Made by a program: the position numbers and the translations under genes. Under the pieces are notes generated by a model. It was not told the origin of the DNA. It worked only from the letters and a program-made list of their open reading frames with translations, and did not search any database. Below are positions 1 to 9,506 of a DNA stretch of 64,000 bases, one piece after another (within the stretch, counting starts at the first letter, position 1; each line of letters starts with the position of its first letter). Source of the DNA: an uncultured Actinomycetota bacterium (lineage in GTDB: Bacteria; Actinomycetota; Actinomycetes; JACCUZ01); contig CAVSCX010000015.1 of assembly GCA_963726615.1 (NCBI GenBank), positions 13,822-77,821 on the forward strand, read 5' to 3'.

Positions 1-1611
1 GGCCAGCGGGTGCCGGCCGGCCGCCTTGGCCGCGGTGGCCACCGCCGCGACCACTGCGCCGTCCTCCGGGTCGTCGACGCAGCCGGCGACGAAGGTCCGG
101 TCCACCTTCAGCGTGTCCACCGGCAGCCGGCGCAGGCCGGCGAGCGACGTACCACCGGAGCCGAAGTCGTCGATCGCCAGGCCGACGCCGAGCCGGCGCA
201 GCCGGTCCAGCTCGTCCGGCAGGGCGGGGCCGGCGTCGGGCAGGTCCTGCTCGTGCAGCTCGAGGTAGAGCCCGCGCGCCTGCAGCCCGGCCCAGGTCAG
301 CAGCAGCGCCACCGTGTCGGCGAACCCGGGACGGGCCACCTCGCCGGCCCACATGTTCACCGAGACCCGCACCGACGGGTCGTGCCAGGACGCGGCGTCG
401 CGCACCGCCGCCCGCAGCACCCAGTCCGACAGCGACGTCGCCAGCGGGGTGTTGGCGATGCGGGGCAGGAAGTCCTGCGGCATCAGCAGCCCGAGCCGCG
501 GGTGCGGCCAGCGCACCAGCGCCTCCAGCCCCATCAGCCGGCCGTCGACGCTGACCACCGGCTGGTAGTGCAGCTGCAGCAGGTCGGCCTGGATCGCGTG
601 CCGCAGCTCCGCGATCAGCCCGCGCGCCTCCCGCGGGTCGCCGGAGACGTCGTCGCCGATGGTGTCGTCGGCCACCACGAACGGCAGCTCCGGGTGCCGC
701 TTGGCCCGCATCATCGCCAGGTCGGCCCGCCGCATCAGCTCCTCGCCGGTCGTCGCGTCCGGCCCGGCGATCGCGACGCCCACCGATGCGCGCACGCGCA
801 CCTCGCGTCCCCGAGCCTGCACCGGCCGGCCGATGCCTGCGCGCAGCCGGTCGACGAGGGCCACCAGGTCGTCGTCGTCGGTCAGCTCCTCGGCGATCAC
901 GACGAACTCGTCGCCGCCGAGCCGCGCGACGGTGTCGTTGGCGCGCAGCGCGCCGAGGATGCCGGCGGCCACGGACACCAGCACCTCGTCGCCGACGTCG
1001 TGGCCGAAGGTGTCGTTGACCTCCTTGAACTTGTCCAGGTCGACGAACAGCACCGCCACCCGCTCGGCGGTGCGGTGGGCGCGGGTCAGCGCGGTCTCCA
1101 GCCGGTCCCGCAGCAGCCGCCGGTTCGGCAGGTTGGTCAGGCTGTCGTGCAGCGCCGCGTGCAGCAGCATCCGCTCGGTGTTGCGCCGGTTGGTCGCGTC
1201 GTCCAGCGACACCAGCGCGGCGCCGGCGCCGGCCTCCGGCATGGGTACGGCGGACACGACCGCCCACAGGTCGTGCCCCCGCGCGTGCCGGAGCCGACGC
1301 TCGGCGGTGCCCAGCAGCACCCGGCCGACGTCCTCCGGCGCCATGTGCTCGTGCAGTGACGTGCCGGCCAGCGCCTCCGGCGGGTGCCCGAGGTACTGGG
1401 CCAGCGCCGGGTTCACCTCGAGCACCCGGCCGGTGCCGTCGACCACCGCCATCGCCACCGGGCTGCGGGTGAACACCGCCCCGCCGTACATCGACCCGGC
1501 CAGGGCCGAGACCACCAGGTCCGGCTCGGCACCGGGCACCACCTCGAGGGGCACGACGAGGACCGACTCGGCACCTGCCGAGCCGGTCCGGGCGTCGTCG
1601 TCTGCCAGCAC
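1..1611 (-). CDS. PAS-GGDEF-EAL c-di-GMP turnover protein (C-terminus runs off the window edge at position 1)
   Basis: The minus-strand translation reads GTG(1611)...FTRSPVAMAVVDGTGRVLEVNPALAQY (PAS-like), ...LTNLPNRRLL...GGDEFVVI (GGDEF) and ...ELRHAIQADLLQLHYQPVVS...DDFGSGGTSLAGLRRLPVDTLKVDRTFV (EAL). RBS AAGGGGGAG upstream of GTG. Not in ORF track because no stop inside window. Confidence 0.8.
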   Translation of the reverse strand, partial: MLADDDARTGSAGAESVLVVPLEVVPGAEPDLVVSALAGSMYGGAVFTRSPVAMAVVDGTGRVLEVNPALAQYLGHPPEALAGTSLHEHMAPEDVGRVLLGTAERRLRHARGHDLWAVVSAVPMPEAGAGAALVSLDDATNRRNTERMLLHAALHDSLTNLPNRRLLRDRLETALTRAHRTAERVAVLFVDLDKFKEVNDTFGHDVGDEVLVSVAAGILGALRANDTVARLGGDEFVVIAEELTDDDDLVALVDRLRAGIGRPVQARGREVRVRASVGVAIAGPDATTGEELMRRADLAMMRAKRHPELPFVVADDTIGDDVSGDPREARGLIAELRHAIQADLLQLHYQPVVSVDGRLMGLEALVRWPHPRLGLLMPQDFLPRIANTPLATSLSDWVLRAAVRDAASWHDPSVRVSVNMWAGEVARPGFADTVALLLTWAGLQARGLYLELHEQDLPDAGPALPDELDRLRRLGVGLAIDDFGSGGTSLAGLRRLPVDTLKVDRTFVAGCVDDPEDGAVVAAVATAAKAAGRHPLA

Positions 1612-1759
1612 CGCTCCCCCTTGCTGCTGACCATGGTCCCGTCACGCAGCGTCGAACAACCGCCGACCCGCCCGGGTTCACCCCCCCGCTGGCAAGAGTC
1701 ACGAGTTGGTCAAGTCCGGCTACGCAGGGTGAGCACAGATCCGGACGAAGCCGGACGGG

Positions 1760-3445
1760 TCAGGACCGGGGCCGCAGCCAGAGGCTGCCGTAGCGCCCGA
1801 GCGGCACCTGCAGCCGGCCCTCGGCGTCCGCGGTGGCGGCCCGGGTGCCCAGCGGCTCGACCAGCTCGACCGGGCCGCGGCCCGCCGCGAGCCGCACCGA
1901 CGCCCGCACCGGCGCGGCGGCCAGGTTGTGCAGCGCCACCAGGGTCCGGTCCTCCCAGGCGACCTGGTGGGCCAGCACCGACGGGGTGTCGCAGGACAGC
2001 AGGGTGAACTCCCCCCAGCCCAGCTCCGGGCACTCGCGGTAGGCCCGGACCAGCGACCGGACGTACGCGTGCAGCGAGCCCGGGTCCGGGCGCTGCGTCT
2101 CGACGTTGACGTTCCTCGGGCCGAGGTCGCCGCGCACCATCGGCGAGACCAGCGAGCGCGCCGGCGCGGTGGAGAAGCCGCCGTTGCGCGCCGGTGTCCA
2201 CTGCATCGGGGTCCGGACCGCCAGCCGCCCCGACGCGCCGAGGTTCTCGCCCATGCCGATCTCGTCGCCGTAGAACATGACCGGGGTCCCGGGCAGGCTG
2301 AACAGCAGGGAGAGCACCAGCCGGATCCGGTCCTGGTCCCCGTCGAGCATCGCCGCCAGCCGGCGCCGCAGCCCCCGGCCGTAGACCTGCATCTTCTTGC
2401 TCGGGCCGAACGCCGCGAACACCTCGTCCCGCTCGGCGTCGGTGAGCCGGTCCAGGGTCAGCTCGTCGTGGTTGCGCACGAACGTCGCCCACTGCGTCTC
2501 GGGCGGGATCGCCGGCCGGTCCTGCAGCGCGTGCGCCAGCGGGCCGGCCTCGCCGCGCGCCATCGACAGCCACAGGTTCGCCATCGAGATGAAGTCGAAC
2601 GAGCTGGTCAGCTCCTCCGCGCCGTCGACGCCGAAGAACAGCCGCTGCTGGTCGTGCGGCAGGTTCGCCTCGCCGAGCAGGAACGAGTTGCCCCGCCGCC
2701 GGTTGAGGTAGCCGTGCAGGTCGCGCAGGAACTCGTGCGGGTCGGGCAGCCGCGCCCTCTCCGCGTCGTCGTCGCTCTGCAGCAGCGCCGGCACCGCGTC
2801 CATCCGGAACCCGTCGATGCCCAGCTCGCTCCAGAACCCGGCGATCCGCGCCAGCTCGTCGCGCACGTCGCCGTGGCTGATGTCCAGGTCAGGCTGGAAC
2901 CGGTAGAACCGGTGCAGGTAGTGGCTGCCCGCCACCTCGTCCCACTCCCAGATGCTCGTCTCGTCGCCGGGGAACGCGACGTCGGCCGGGGCGGTCGGCG
3001 GCGGGTCGTCGTTCCACACGTACCAGTGGTGGTACGGCGAGTCCGGCCCGGTCCGCGCCGACTGGAACCACGGGTGCGCCACCGAGGTGTGGTTCGGCAC
3101 CAGGTCCGCGATCACGCGCAGCCCCCGGTCGTGCGCGGTGCGCAGGAAGTCGACCAGGTCGCCGAGCGTCCCGAGCCGGGGGTCGACCGTGTAGTAGTCG
3201 CTGATGTCGTAGCCGTCGTCCTGCAGCGGGCTGGGGAAGAACGGCATCAGCCACAGGCAGGTGACCCCGAGGTCGGCCAGGTAGTCGACCTTGCCGGCCA
3301 GCCCGCGGAAGTCGCCCCACCCGTCGCCGTCGGAGTCGGCGTACCGCTTGACGTCCAGGCAGTAGACGACGGCTGTCTTCCACCACAGGTCGCTGGTGTC
3401 GGTGAGGCGCACGGCGACATTCCTACCCGACGCCCGCAGGTCCAC
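1760..3445 (-). CDS. treS: GH13 trehalose synthase / maltose alpha-D-glucosyltransferase (TreS-like)
   Basis: 561 aa. WWKTAVVYCLDVKRYADSDGDGWGDFRGL...LWLMPFFPSP...DLVPNHTS...FVRNHDELTLDRLTDAERDEVF closely matches TreS/GH13 catalytic motifs. Confidence 0.75.
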   Translation of the reverse strand: MDLRASGRNVAVRLTDTSDLWWKTAVVYCLDVKRYADSDGDGWGDFRGLAGKVDYLADLGVTCLWLMPFFPSPLQDDGYDISDYYTVDPRLGTLGDLVDFLRTAHDRGLRVIADLVPNHTSVAHPWFQSARTGPDSPYHHWYVWNDDPPPTAPADVAFPGDETSIWEWDEVAGSHYLHRFYRFQPDLDISHGDVRDELARIAGFWSELGIDGFRMDAVPALLQSDDDAERARLPDPHEFLRDLHGYLNRRRGNSFLLGEANLPHDQQRLFFGVDGAEELTSSFDFISMANLWLSMARGEAGPLAHALQDRPAIPPETQWATFVRNHDELTLDRLTDAERDEVFAAFGPSKKMQVYGRGLRRRLAAMLDGDQDRIRLVLSLLFSLPGTPVMFYGDEIGMGENLGASGRLAVRTPMQWTPARNGGFSTAPARSLVSPMVRGDLGPRNVNVETQRPDPGSLHAYVRSLVRAYRECPELGWGEFTLLSCDTPSVLAHQVAWEDRTLVALHNLAAAPVRASVRLAAGRGPVELVEPLGTRAATADAEGRLQVPLGRYGSLWLRPRS

Positions 3446-3457
3446 GCGACGCGGCCG

Positions 3458-4348
3458 CTAGCTCAGCGACAGGCTGGTCCCGGCCTGGTCCTCGAACCGG
3501 TCCCTGTCCACCCGCTCCAGCGACGCGAGGACGGAGCGTGCCTGCGCGAGGCTCTCGGCCGGGTCGTCGTACGGCCCGGGCTCGACGTCCACCGACACGG
3601 CCGACCCGTCCGGGTAGACCAGCGCCAGGTACCCGTCCGCCTGCGGGTACGTGCCGTACGACGCGGTCCGGACGTAGGAGCGCAGCTCACCGTCCGGAAG
3701 CTCTCCGGCCGTCGAGCAGGTGTAGGCCGGAGCCGTGGCGGCGCAGTCCCCCGCGTCGGTGTGCATCGTGACGAAGGTGACCCCGCTCGGGGTGAAGTAC
3801 TTCAGGTAGCCCTCGTGGCCGCGGTCGGTGAAGCTGTGCGACGGCCGCAGCCTGAGGGTGGCGAACTGGTCCCGGCGCCAGCCCGGGAAGCCGGGGTCGG
3901 CCGTCGTGCCGCCGAACAGGACCAGCGGCGTCTCGGCCGCCGCCAGGCCCAGCACGGCCACCAGGGCGGTCCGGGCCGCGGGGGCCGGCTGGTGCAGGCC
4001 GAGCAGCACGGCGCCGTACGCGGCCGTCGCGGCCGAGCCGGCCAGGGTGAGCAGCACCGGCTGCCCGCGTCGCCCCGGCGGGAACAGGCGGCGGGAGGCG
4101 ACCACGAGCGCCAGCACCCAGGCCACGGCGGCAGCGGCCAGCCCAACCACCGCACCCAGGACGAACGCGCCCAGGGCCGCCCAGCCGTCCCCGCCGCTGG
4201 CGCCGGCCAGCCAGACCGCTCCGACGGCGGTCCCGACCACAGCACCCGCGGCACAGCCGGCGGCCAGCGCCAGCAGCGGTCCCGCGACGAGCCGCCCAGG
4301 GCGGGGCGGGGCGGCCGGCCGCGGCCAGCCGTCCCCGGTCGTCGTCAC
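3458..4348 (-). CDS. hypothetical membrane protein (4 predicted TM helices, C-terminal soluble domain)
   Basis: The ORF-track N-terminus looks like antisense noise. Plausible GTG start at 4348 (VTTTGDGW...) is followed by Ala/Gly/Val-rich helices and a C-terminal domain ending ...FEDQAGTSLSLS. Confidence 0.45.
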   Translation of the reverse strand: MTTTGDGWPRPAAPPRPGRLVAGPLLALAAGCAAGAVVGTAVGAVWLAGASGGDGWAALGAFVLGAVVGLAAAAVAWVLALVVASRRLFPPGRRGQPVLLTLAGSAATAAYGAVLLGLHQPAPAARTALVAVLGLAAAETPLVLFGGTTADPGFPGWRRDQFATLRLRPSHSFTDRGHEGYLKYFTPSGVTFVTMHTDAGDCAATAPAYTCSTAGELPDGELRSYVRTASYGTYPQADGYLALVYPDGSAVSVDVEPGPYDDPAESLAQARSVLASLERVDRDRFEDQAGTSLSLS

Positions 4349-4817
4349 GGACCCACCGTGCCGGAAGGACAGCCCGCCGGCATCGACCCGCCGGTCGCAG
4401 GCCCGGCGTGTCGGCGCCGGTCCCTCGACCGGCCGATCGACTTCGACCTGATCGAGCGCCGGTTCGTGCTGCCGCCGACGATCCGGCTCGACCGCGAGCA
4501 GGACCTCATCTGCGACGACGCCTACTACTCGCACGTCTACGGCGGCGACGCCCAGCGCCGGCTGCGCGAGCAGCACCCGCCGCGCGACGGCTGACCCCGG
4601 CGACGAGCCGGCGGGACGGCGGACTAGTACAGAAGGACTAGGCCGACCTGGTGACAGTGCGCCCCCGGTGAACCCTGTGTTGCCAGTGTGTCACCACACC
4701 CGCCGGTATCCGGCTACTTCCGCCGTTTCCTGATGGTTCGTACCCGGCTCCACCTACCCGGTCGACACCCCCCGCCTTGCCTATAGCCGGGACGAGCGGC
4801 GGCGACCTAGCGTTCCA

Positions 4818-5531
4818 GTGCGTTCCCGATGTACCTGGGGGGGAGCGCTCGGTGCGGGGGGATTCGGGTGCGTGGGGGGTGAACTGGTGGACGTCTTCGA
4901 CGCCCGGGACGAGGTCCTCTCGTCCCCCGGGCAAGCGCTGTGCCATGACCTCAAGCAGCCGGTGGCGGCGATCCTCGTCATCGCCTCGGAGGCGGCGTCG
5001 CTGCCGGCGCACGAGCTCAGCGACGGCGTGCGGTCCCGCCTGCGGCAGATCGAGGAGCAGGCCGAGGCGCTGGCCGAGGTCATCGACTCCACCCTCGGCC
5101 CCGTTCCGGACACGGACGCCGACGCACCGGCGACAACCGACCTGGACGCCACGCTGGCCGCTGTCGTGTCGCTGACCCGGCTGACCTACGGCGGGGAGGT
5201 CGCGCTGGCCGCCGACGCCGCACGGGCGCGGGTCGGGCTGGGGCACGTCCTGGTACGCCGGGTGCTCGGCAACGTCCTGGGCAACGCCACCCGCGCGGCC
5301 GGTGCCGGCGGCAGGATCTGGGTCACGTCGTCCCGCATCCCTGCACGGGTCGTGGTCGACGTCGACGACGACGGTCCCGGCTGGGGGCAGATGGCTCCCG
5401 GTCACGGGCTCGGTCTCTCCATCGTCACCGAGGTGATGGCGGCGACCGGCGGGTCGGTCACGGCGCTCGTGCTGCCGACCGGAGGCACCCGGGTGCACCT
5501 CGAGTTCCCGATCGCGACGCATGCGGGCTGA
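4818..5531 (+). CDS. sensor histidine kinase, short and apparently cytoplasmic (HisKA_3-type H-box plus HATPase_c)
   Basis: H-box LCHDLKQPVAAI, N-box LGNVLGNATRAAG, DDDGPGWG and GHGLGLSIV motifs. No TM or sensor domain. Stops upstream contain the N-terminus, so the exact start is uncertain (a GTG near 4870 is an alternative). Ends 7 nt before the response regulator. Confidence 0.75.
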   Translation: MRSRCTWGGALGAGGFGCVGGELVDVFDARDEVLSSPGQALCHDLKQPVAAILVIASEAASLPAHELSDGVRSRLRQIEEQAEALAEVIDSTLGPVPDTDADAPATTDLDATLAAVVSLTRLTYGGEVALAADAARARVGLGHVLVRRVLGNVLGNATRAAGAGGRIWVTSSRIPARVVVDVDDDGPGWGQMAPGHGLGLSIVTEVMAATGGSVTALVLPTGGTRVHLEFPIATHAG

Positions 5532-5537
5532 GGGCTG

Positions 5538-6188
5538 ATGCGGTTGGTCATCTGCGACGACCATCGGCTGCTGCTGGACACCCTCGGCGCGGCTCTGGCC
5601 GGTCGCGGGTACACCGTCGCGGCCCTGGTGACCACGGCCGCGGACGCCGTTGCGGCGGTGCGCGACAACGACCCGGACATCGCGATCGTCGACGTGCACC
5701 TGGCCGCGGGCAGCGGCCTGGCCGCCGCGGCGGAGATCGTGCGCGCGCACCCGCGGACCAAGGTGCTCATGCTCTCGGCCTCACCCGACGCGGAGTTGGT
5801 CCGCGCCGCCCTCGAGATCGGCGCGGCCGGCTTCGTCCGCAAGGACCAGAGCGTCGACGGCATCGTGCGTCGCCTCGAGCAGGTCGCGGACGGCGAGGCG
5901 GCCTTCGACCTCGTGGTGCTCCGGCGGGCGGTCTCGGCGCCGACGGCCAGCGGTGCTGCTCAGCAGCTGGCCCGGCAGCTCAGCAAACGCGAGCGTGAGG
6001 TGCTCGCGCTGCTCGTCGAGGGACGCGCCACCTCCGAGATGGCCAGCGAGCTGCACATCGCGGACAGCACCGCACGCACCCACGTCCAGAACGTGCTCGT
6101 CAAGCTCGGTGCGCACTCGCGGCTGCAGGCCGCGGCGATCGCGGCGCAGACGGGCCTGCTGGACCTCCTCGTCCAGCGCGGGCCCTAG
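5538..6188 (+). CDS. NarL/LuxR-family response regulator
   Basis: Begins MRLVICDDHRLLLDTL with DIAIVDVHL receiver motifs. C-terminal LuxR HTH region: KREREVLALLVEGRATSEMASELHIADSTARTHVQNVLVKLG. Confidence 0.9.
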   Translation: MRLVICDDHRLLLDTLGAALAGRGYTVAALVTTAADAVAAVRDNDPDIAIVDVHLAAGSGLAAAAEIVRAHPRTKVLMLSASPDAELVRAALEIGAAGFVRKDQSVDGIVRRLEQVADGEAAFDLVVLRRAVSAPTASGAAQQLARQLSKREREVLALLVEGRATSEMASELHIADSTARTHVQNVLVKLGAHSRLQAAAIAAQTGLLDLLVQRGP

Positions 6189-6265
6189 GGCGAGTCGGGA
6201 GACGCGCTAGACGCGACGACCTCGGTCTGGACGGCCGCCTACTGCATCGGGCGTAGGCCCGGTTC

Positions 6266-7009
6266 ATGTCAACAGCGGTTCCGGCGAACTGGCGGTGCCG
6301 TGATGGTGAACGGGTGCCAGACATCTCCGTCCTGCTCGTCGGCAGGCAGCGCACCCTGACGCAGAGCCTGGCCGAGCGGCTGGAGGTCGAGGCCGACCTG
6401 CTCGTCGTCGGCGTAGCGGAGACCCTGACGCAGGCGCGCACCTCGGTCGTCTGGCTCTGCGCCGACGTCGTGCTGCTGGACTGCGACCTGGAGACCCCGA
6501 CCAGCGAGCTGGCGGCGACACTGGGTGCCGCCGGCCAGGCCCCGCGCATCGTGCTGCTCGCCGACGCCGCCCGGGAGGCCGATGTCGCGGTGCTCGTCCG
6601 GGCCGGGGTGTCCGGCTGGGTGGACAAGGCCGACGACCTGGCCCAGCTGTTCTCGACGGTCCGGGGCGTCGCCGCCGGCGAGGTGTGGATCCCGCCGCGG
6701 CTGCTCGGAAGCGTCGTGCAGAGCTACCGCGACGGGGAGGCGGCGCGACGTCCCTGGGACGGGCTGCACACGCTGTCCGAACGCGAGCGGGAGGTCCTGT
6801 CCCGGATGGTGGCCGGACGCAACCGGGCCCAGATCGCGTCCGAGATGGTGCTGTCCGAGAGCACCGTCCGCACCCACGCGCAGAACGTCCTGCGCAAGCT
6901 GGGTGTGCACTCCTCGCTGGCCGCGGTCGCGCTGGCCCGGCGGGCCGGGCTGACCGCGCCGGGCGCCGGACCGGTGCCGGCCGGGTCAGGGGCGGGGGAG
7001 CCCGCGTGA
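6266..7009 (+). CDS. LuxR-family response regulator, atypical receiver, first gene of the downstream glycosylation operon
   Basis: VLLVGRQ...VVLLDCDLE receiver-like region. C-terminal SEREREVLSRMVAGRNRAQIASEMVLSESTVRTHAQNVLRKLG. Its stop overlaps the GTG of the next gene (GTGA). Start uncertain (ATG 6266 or GTG 6314). Confidence 0.75.
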   Translation: MSTAVPANWRCRDGERVPDISVLLVGRQRTLTQSLAERLEVEADLLVVGVAETLTQARTSVVWLCADVVLLDCDLETPTSELAATLGAAGQAPRIVLLADAAREADVAVLVRAGVSGWVDKADDLAQLFSTVRGVAAGEVWIPPRLLGSVVQSYRDGEAARRPWDGLHTLSEREREVLSRMVAGRNRAQIASEMVLSESTVRTHAQNVLRKLGVHSSLAAVALARRAGLTAPGAGPVPAGSGAGEPA

Positions 7010-9489
7010 GCACCCGGACCTTCGACTCCCCGCCCACCGAGCGGGCTGCCGGCACTCCCGCGGTGACGGTCATCGTGCCGACCCGCAACGAGGCCGGCAA
7101 CGTGGCAGTCCTGGTGGAGCGGCTGGACGCCGTGCTCCGCGGTGTTCGCGCCGAGATCCTGTTCGTCGACGACAGCACAGACGACACACCGGACCGCATC
7201 CGGTCGGTCGCGGAGCGCCCCGGACCGGAGGTCCGGCTCCTGCACCGCAGCGGCTCCGAGCGGGTCGGCGGGCTGGGCGGGGCGGTGCTGGCCGGCCTCC
7301 GGTCGGCCCGCGGCAGCTGGGCCGTCGTGATGGACGGGGACCTCCAGCACCCGCCGGAGTCGGTCCCCGAGCTGGTGCGGGCCGGTGACGACAGCGGTGC
7401 CGACCTCGTCGTCGCGAGCCGCTACCGCGGGGCCGGCAGCGCCGCCGGCCTGGCGGGCTCGACCCGTCGCCGGGTGTCCGGCGCCGGTACGCGCCTCGCC
7501 CGCGGCGCCTTCCCCCGGCGGCTGGCGGGCTGCACCGACCCGATGAGCGGGTTCTTCGCCGTGCGCCGGGGCGCGATCGACCTCGACCGGCTGCGTCCCC
7601 GCGGCTTCAAGATCCTGCTCGAGATCGTGGCCCGGTCGCCCCGGCTGCGGCTGGCCGAGGTGCCCTTCGCCTTCCAGCAGCGCCACAGCGGCGAGAGCAA
7701 GGCCTCGCTGCGCGAAGGTCTGCTGCTGGCCCGCAAGCTCGTCGGGCTGCGCGCGGCCTCGCTGCTCGGTGGCCGGGACGCGATGCCGGCCAGGGTCCTC
7801 GGCTTCGGTGCGGTCGGTGCGACCGGCATCGTGGTCAACAGCCTGGCCCTCTGGCTGCTCGTCGACGGCGCGGGTGCCGGCGTGCTCGTCGGGGCGAGTC
7901 TCGCGACCCAGGCGTCGACCCTCTGGAACTACCTGCTCACCGAGTCCCTGTTGTTCCGGGGGCCGAAGGCCCGGTCCCGCTCGACCCGGTTCGTCGGGTT
8001 CGTCGCGGTGAACAACGTCGTCCTCCTCCTCCGGCTGCCGTTGCTCGCCTGGCTGGTCCGCGGTGCGGGCGTCGACTACCTCGTCGCGAGCGTCCTCACC
8101 CTCCTGGCCGCGTTCGCCGCGCGGTTCCTGGTCTCCGACCGCTACCTCTTCCGCTCAGGAGCATCCATGTCCTCTACCCACGACCGGGTCGTCACGGCGA
8201 GCCCCGCTGGCGAGTCGGCGCGCGTTCCCGCGCCGGACTGCGCCACACCCGCGACCCCTGCACGCCGTGGCAACCCGGTGGACCTCGTCGTCGACCTTCG
8301 GGAACGGTCCGTCGTCCCCCGGCAGCGCACGCGCACCGAGGCCCTGCCGTTCCGGTACGACGTGCACGGTCTGCTCACGCTCGGGTCCGAGGTGCCGCTC
8401 GCCGAGCTGGCCGGCTTCGCCACCGAGCCTTCTGCGGAGCGCGTGGACATCGAGATCAGGCGTGGCGTGGTGGGTGGCGGCGGCTTGCGACGTCGTACCC
8501 GCGTGACGCAGTTCGCGACCCCGGCGGCTGTCACCTACCAGGAGCACCTCGGCCGCTTCGGCTCGGACTTCGCGGTCGAGATGGGCACGACGATCCACGT
8601 CGTCGTCGGGCCGTTGCTGGTCCGGTCGCCGCACGTCCTCTACACGAACGTCGTCGAGGCTCTCCTGCGGTTCGTCCTCGTCTCGCGCGGTCACGTCCTC
8701 CTGCACTCAGCGTGCCTCGAGCTCGGTGGTCGCGGCGTCCTGCTCTCGGCCCTGACCGACACCGGCAAGACCGGGACCATCCTGCGGCTGGTCCGGGAGA
8801 ACGACAGCAGGTTCCTCTCCGACGACATGACGGTGCTGCGCCCGGACGGCACGGCGCTGTCGTTCCCCAAGCCGCTCACGATCAGCCAGCACACCCTGCG
8901 AGCGGTCGAGGCGGGCGACCTGACCCCGCGTGAGTGGCGCAGGCTGCGCATCCAGAGCCGGCTGCACTCCAAGGAGGGTCGCGGCATCGGGGTACGTCTC
9001 GGCGAGATGAACATCCCGATCATGAGTCTCAACGCCGTGACCCAGGTGGTCGTCCCGCCGCCCAAGTACGACATCGAGCGTCTGGTCCCGTGCGAGCGCG
9101 CCAGCAGCGTCCAGGTCCAGGACCTGTTCGTCATCGAGCGCCGCCCCTACGAGCTCCGTGACATCGACCCGGACCTCCTGCTGGACGAGCTCATCGCGAA
9201 CACCGACGACGCCTACGGCTTCCCGCCCTTCCGCTACTTCGCGCCGGCGCTGGTGGTCGAGGGTCTGGGCTACGAGGAGCTGCGGGCGGCCGAGCGGGCG
9301 ATCCTGGCCGAGGCGCTGGTCGGCATCCGGGCCCGCCGGCTGGCGACGCCGGACTTCACCTGGGCGGACCTGATCCCCGTCCTGGCCACCGACGGAGGCA
9401 CGACGCAGACGACCACGGGGGTCATCAGGGAGCCGGAGCCGCCGCTCGGGCTGCCGCCGCTGTCAGCAGCCGCCGGGCACGGCGAGTAG
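7006..9489 (+). CDS. tri-domain fusion: GT2 polyprenyl-phosphate sugar synthase (DPM1/GtrB/ArnC-like) + GtrA-like membrane domain + HPr-kinase-C-like P-loop domain
   Basis: VTVIVPTRNEAGNV...ILFVDDSTDDTPD...VVMDGDLQHPPE...DPMSGFFAVRR (GT2). 4-TM GtrA-like segment (FGAVGATGIVVNSLALWLLV...). C-terminal LLHSACLELGGRGVLLSALTDTGKTGT resembles the HprK C-terminal P-loop. One continuous frame (no stop). An internal AGGAG-N5-ATG at 8167 lies at the GtrA/kinase boundary. Confidence 0.75.
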   Translation: MSTRTFDSPPTERAAGTPAVTVIVPTRNEAGNVAVLVERLDAVLRGVRAEILFVDDSTDDTPDRIRSVAERPGPEVRLLHRSGSERVGGLGGAVLAGLRSARGSWAVVMDGDLQHPPESVPELVRAGDDSGADLVVASRYRGAGSAAGLAGSTRRRVSGAGTRLARGAFPRRLAGCTDPMSGFFAVRRGAIDLDRLRPRGFKILLEIVARSPRLRLAEVPFAFQQRHSGESKASLREGLLLARKLVGLRAASLLGGRDAMPARVLGFGAVGATGIVVNSLALWLLVDGAGAGVLVGASLATQASTLWNYLLTESLLFRGPKARSRSTRFVGFVAVNNVVLLLRLPLLAWLVRGAGVDYLVASVLTLLAAFAARFLVSDRYLFRSGASMSSTHDRVVTASPAGESARVPAPDCATPATPARRGNPVDLVVDLRERSVVPRQRTRTEALPFRYDVHGLLTLGSEVPLAELAGFATEPSAERVDIEIRRGVVGGGGLRRRTRVTQFATPAAVTYQEHLGRFGSDFAVEMGTTIHVVVGPLLVRSPHVLYTNVVEALLRFVLVSRGHVLLHSACLELGGRGVLLSALTDTGKTGTILRLVRENDSRFLSDDMTVLRPDGTALSFPKPLTISQHTLRAVEAGDLTPREWRRLRIQSRLHSKEGRGIGVRLGEMNIPIMSLNAVTQVVVPPPKYDIERLVPCERASSVQVQDLFVIERRPYELRDIDPDLLLDELIANTDDAYGFPPFRYFAPALVVEGLGYEELRAAERAILAEALVGIRARRLATPDFTWADLIPVLATDGGTTQTTTGVIREPEPPLGLPPLSAAAGHGE

Positions 9490-9506
9490 CAGAAGAGGAC
9501 CGAGAC

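Noticed and set aside
10-1359. 449-aa plus-strand ORF at window start
   Set aside because: Antisense of the clearly recognisable GGDEF-EAL coding frame. No domain-like sequence.
1928-4594. 888-aa plus-strand ORF spanning the amylase and membrane-protein genes
   Set aside because: Arg/Pro/Gly-rich nonsense composition. Antisense to two well-supported minus-strand genes. Typical high-GC frame artefact.
6685-7005. N-terminal extension of the GT2 fusion ORF as listed (start 6685)
   Set aside because: Overlaps the response-regulator gene in another frame and translates to Arg/Gly-rich noise. The GTG at 7006 with GTGA coupling and an immediate GT2 motif is the credible start.
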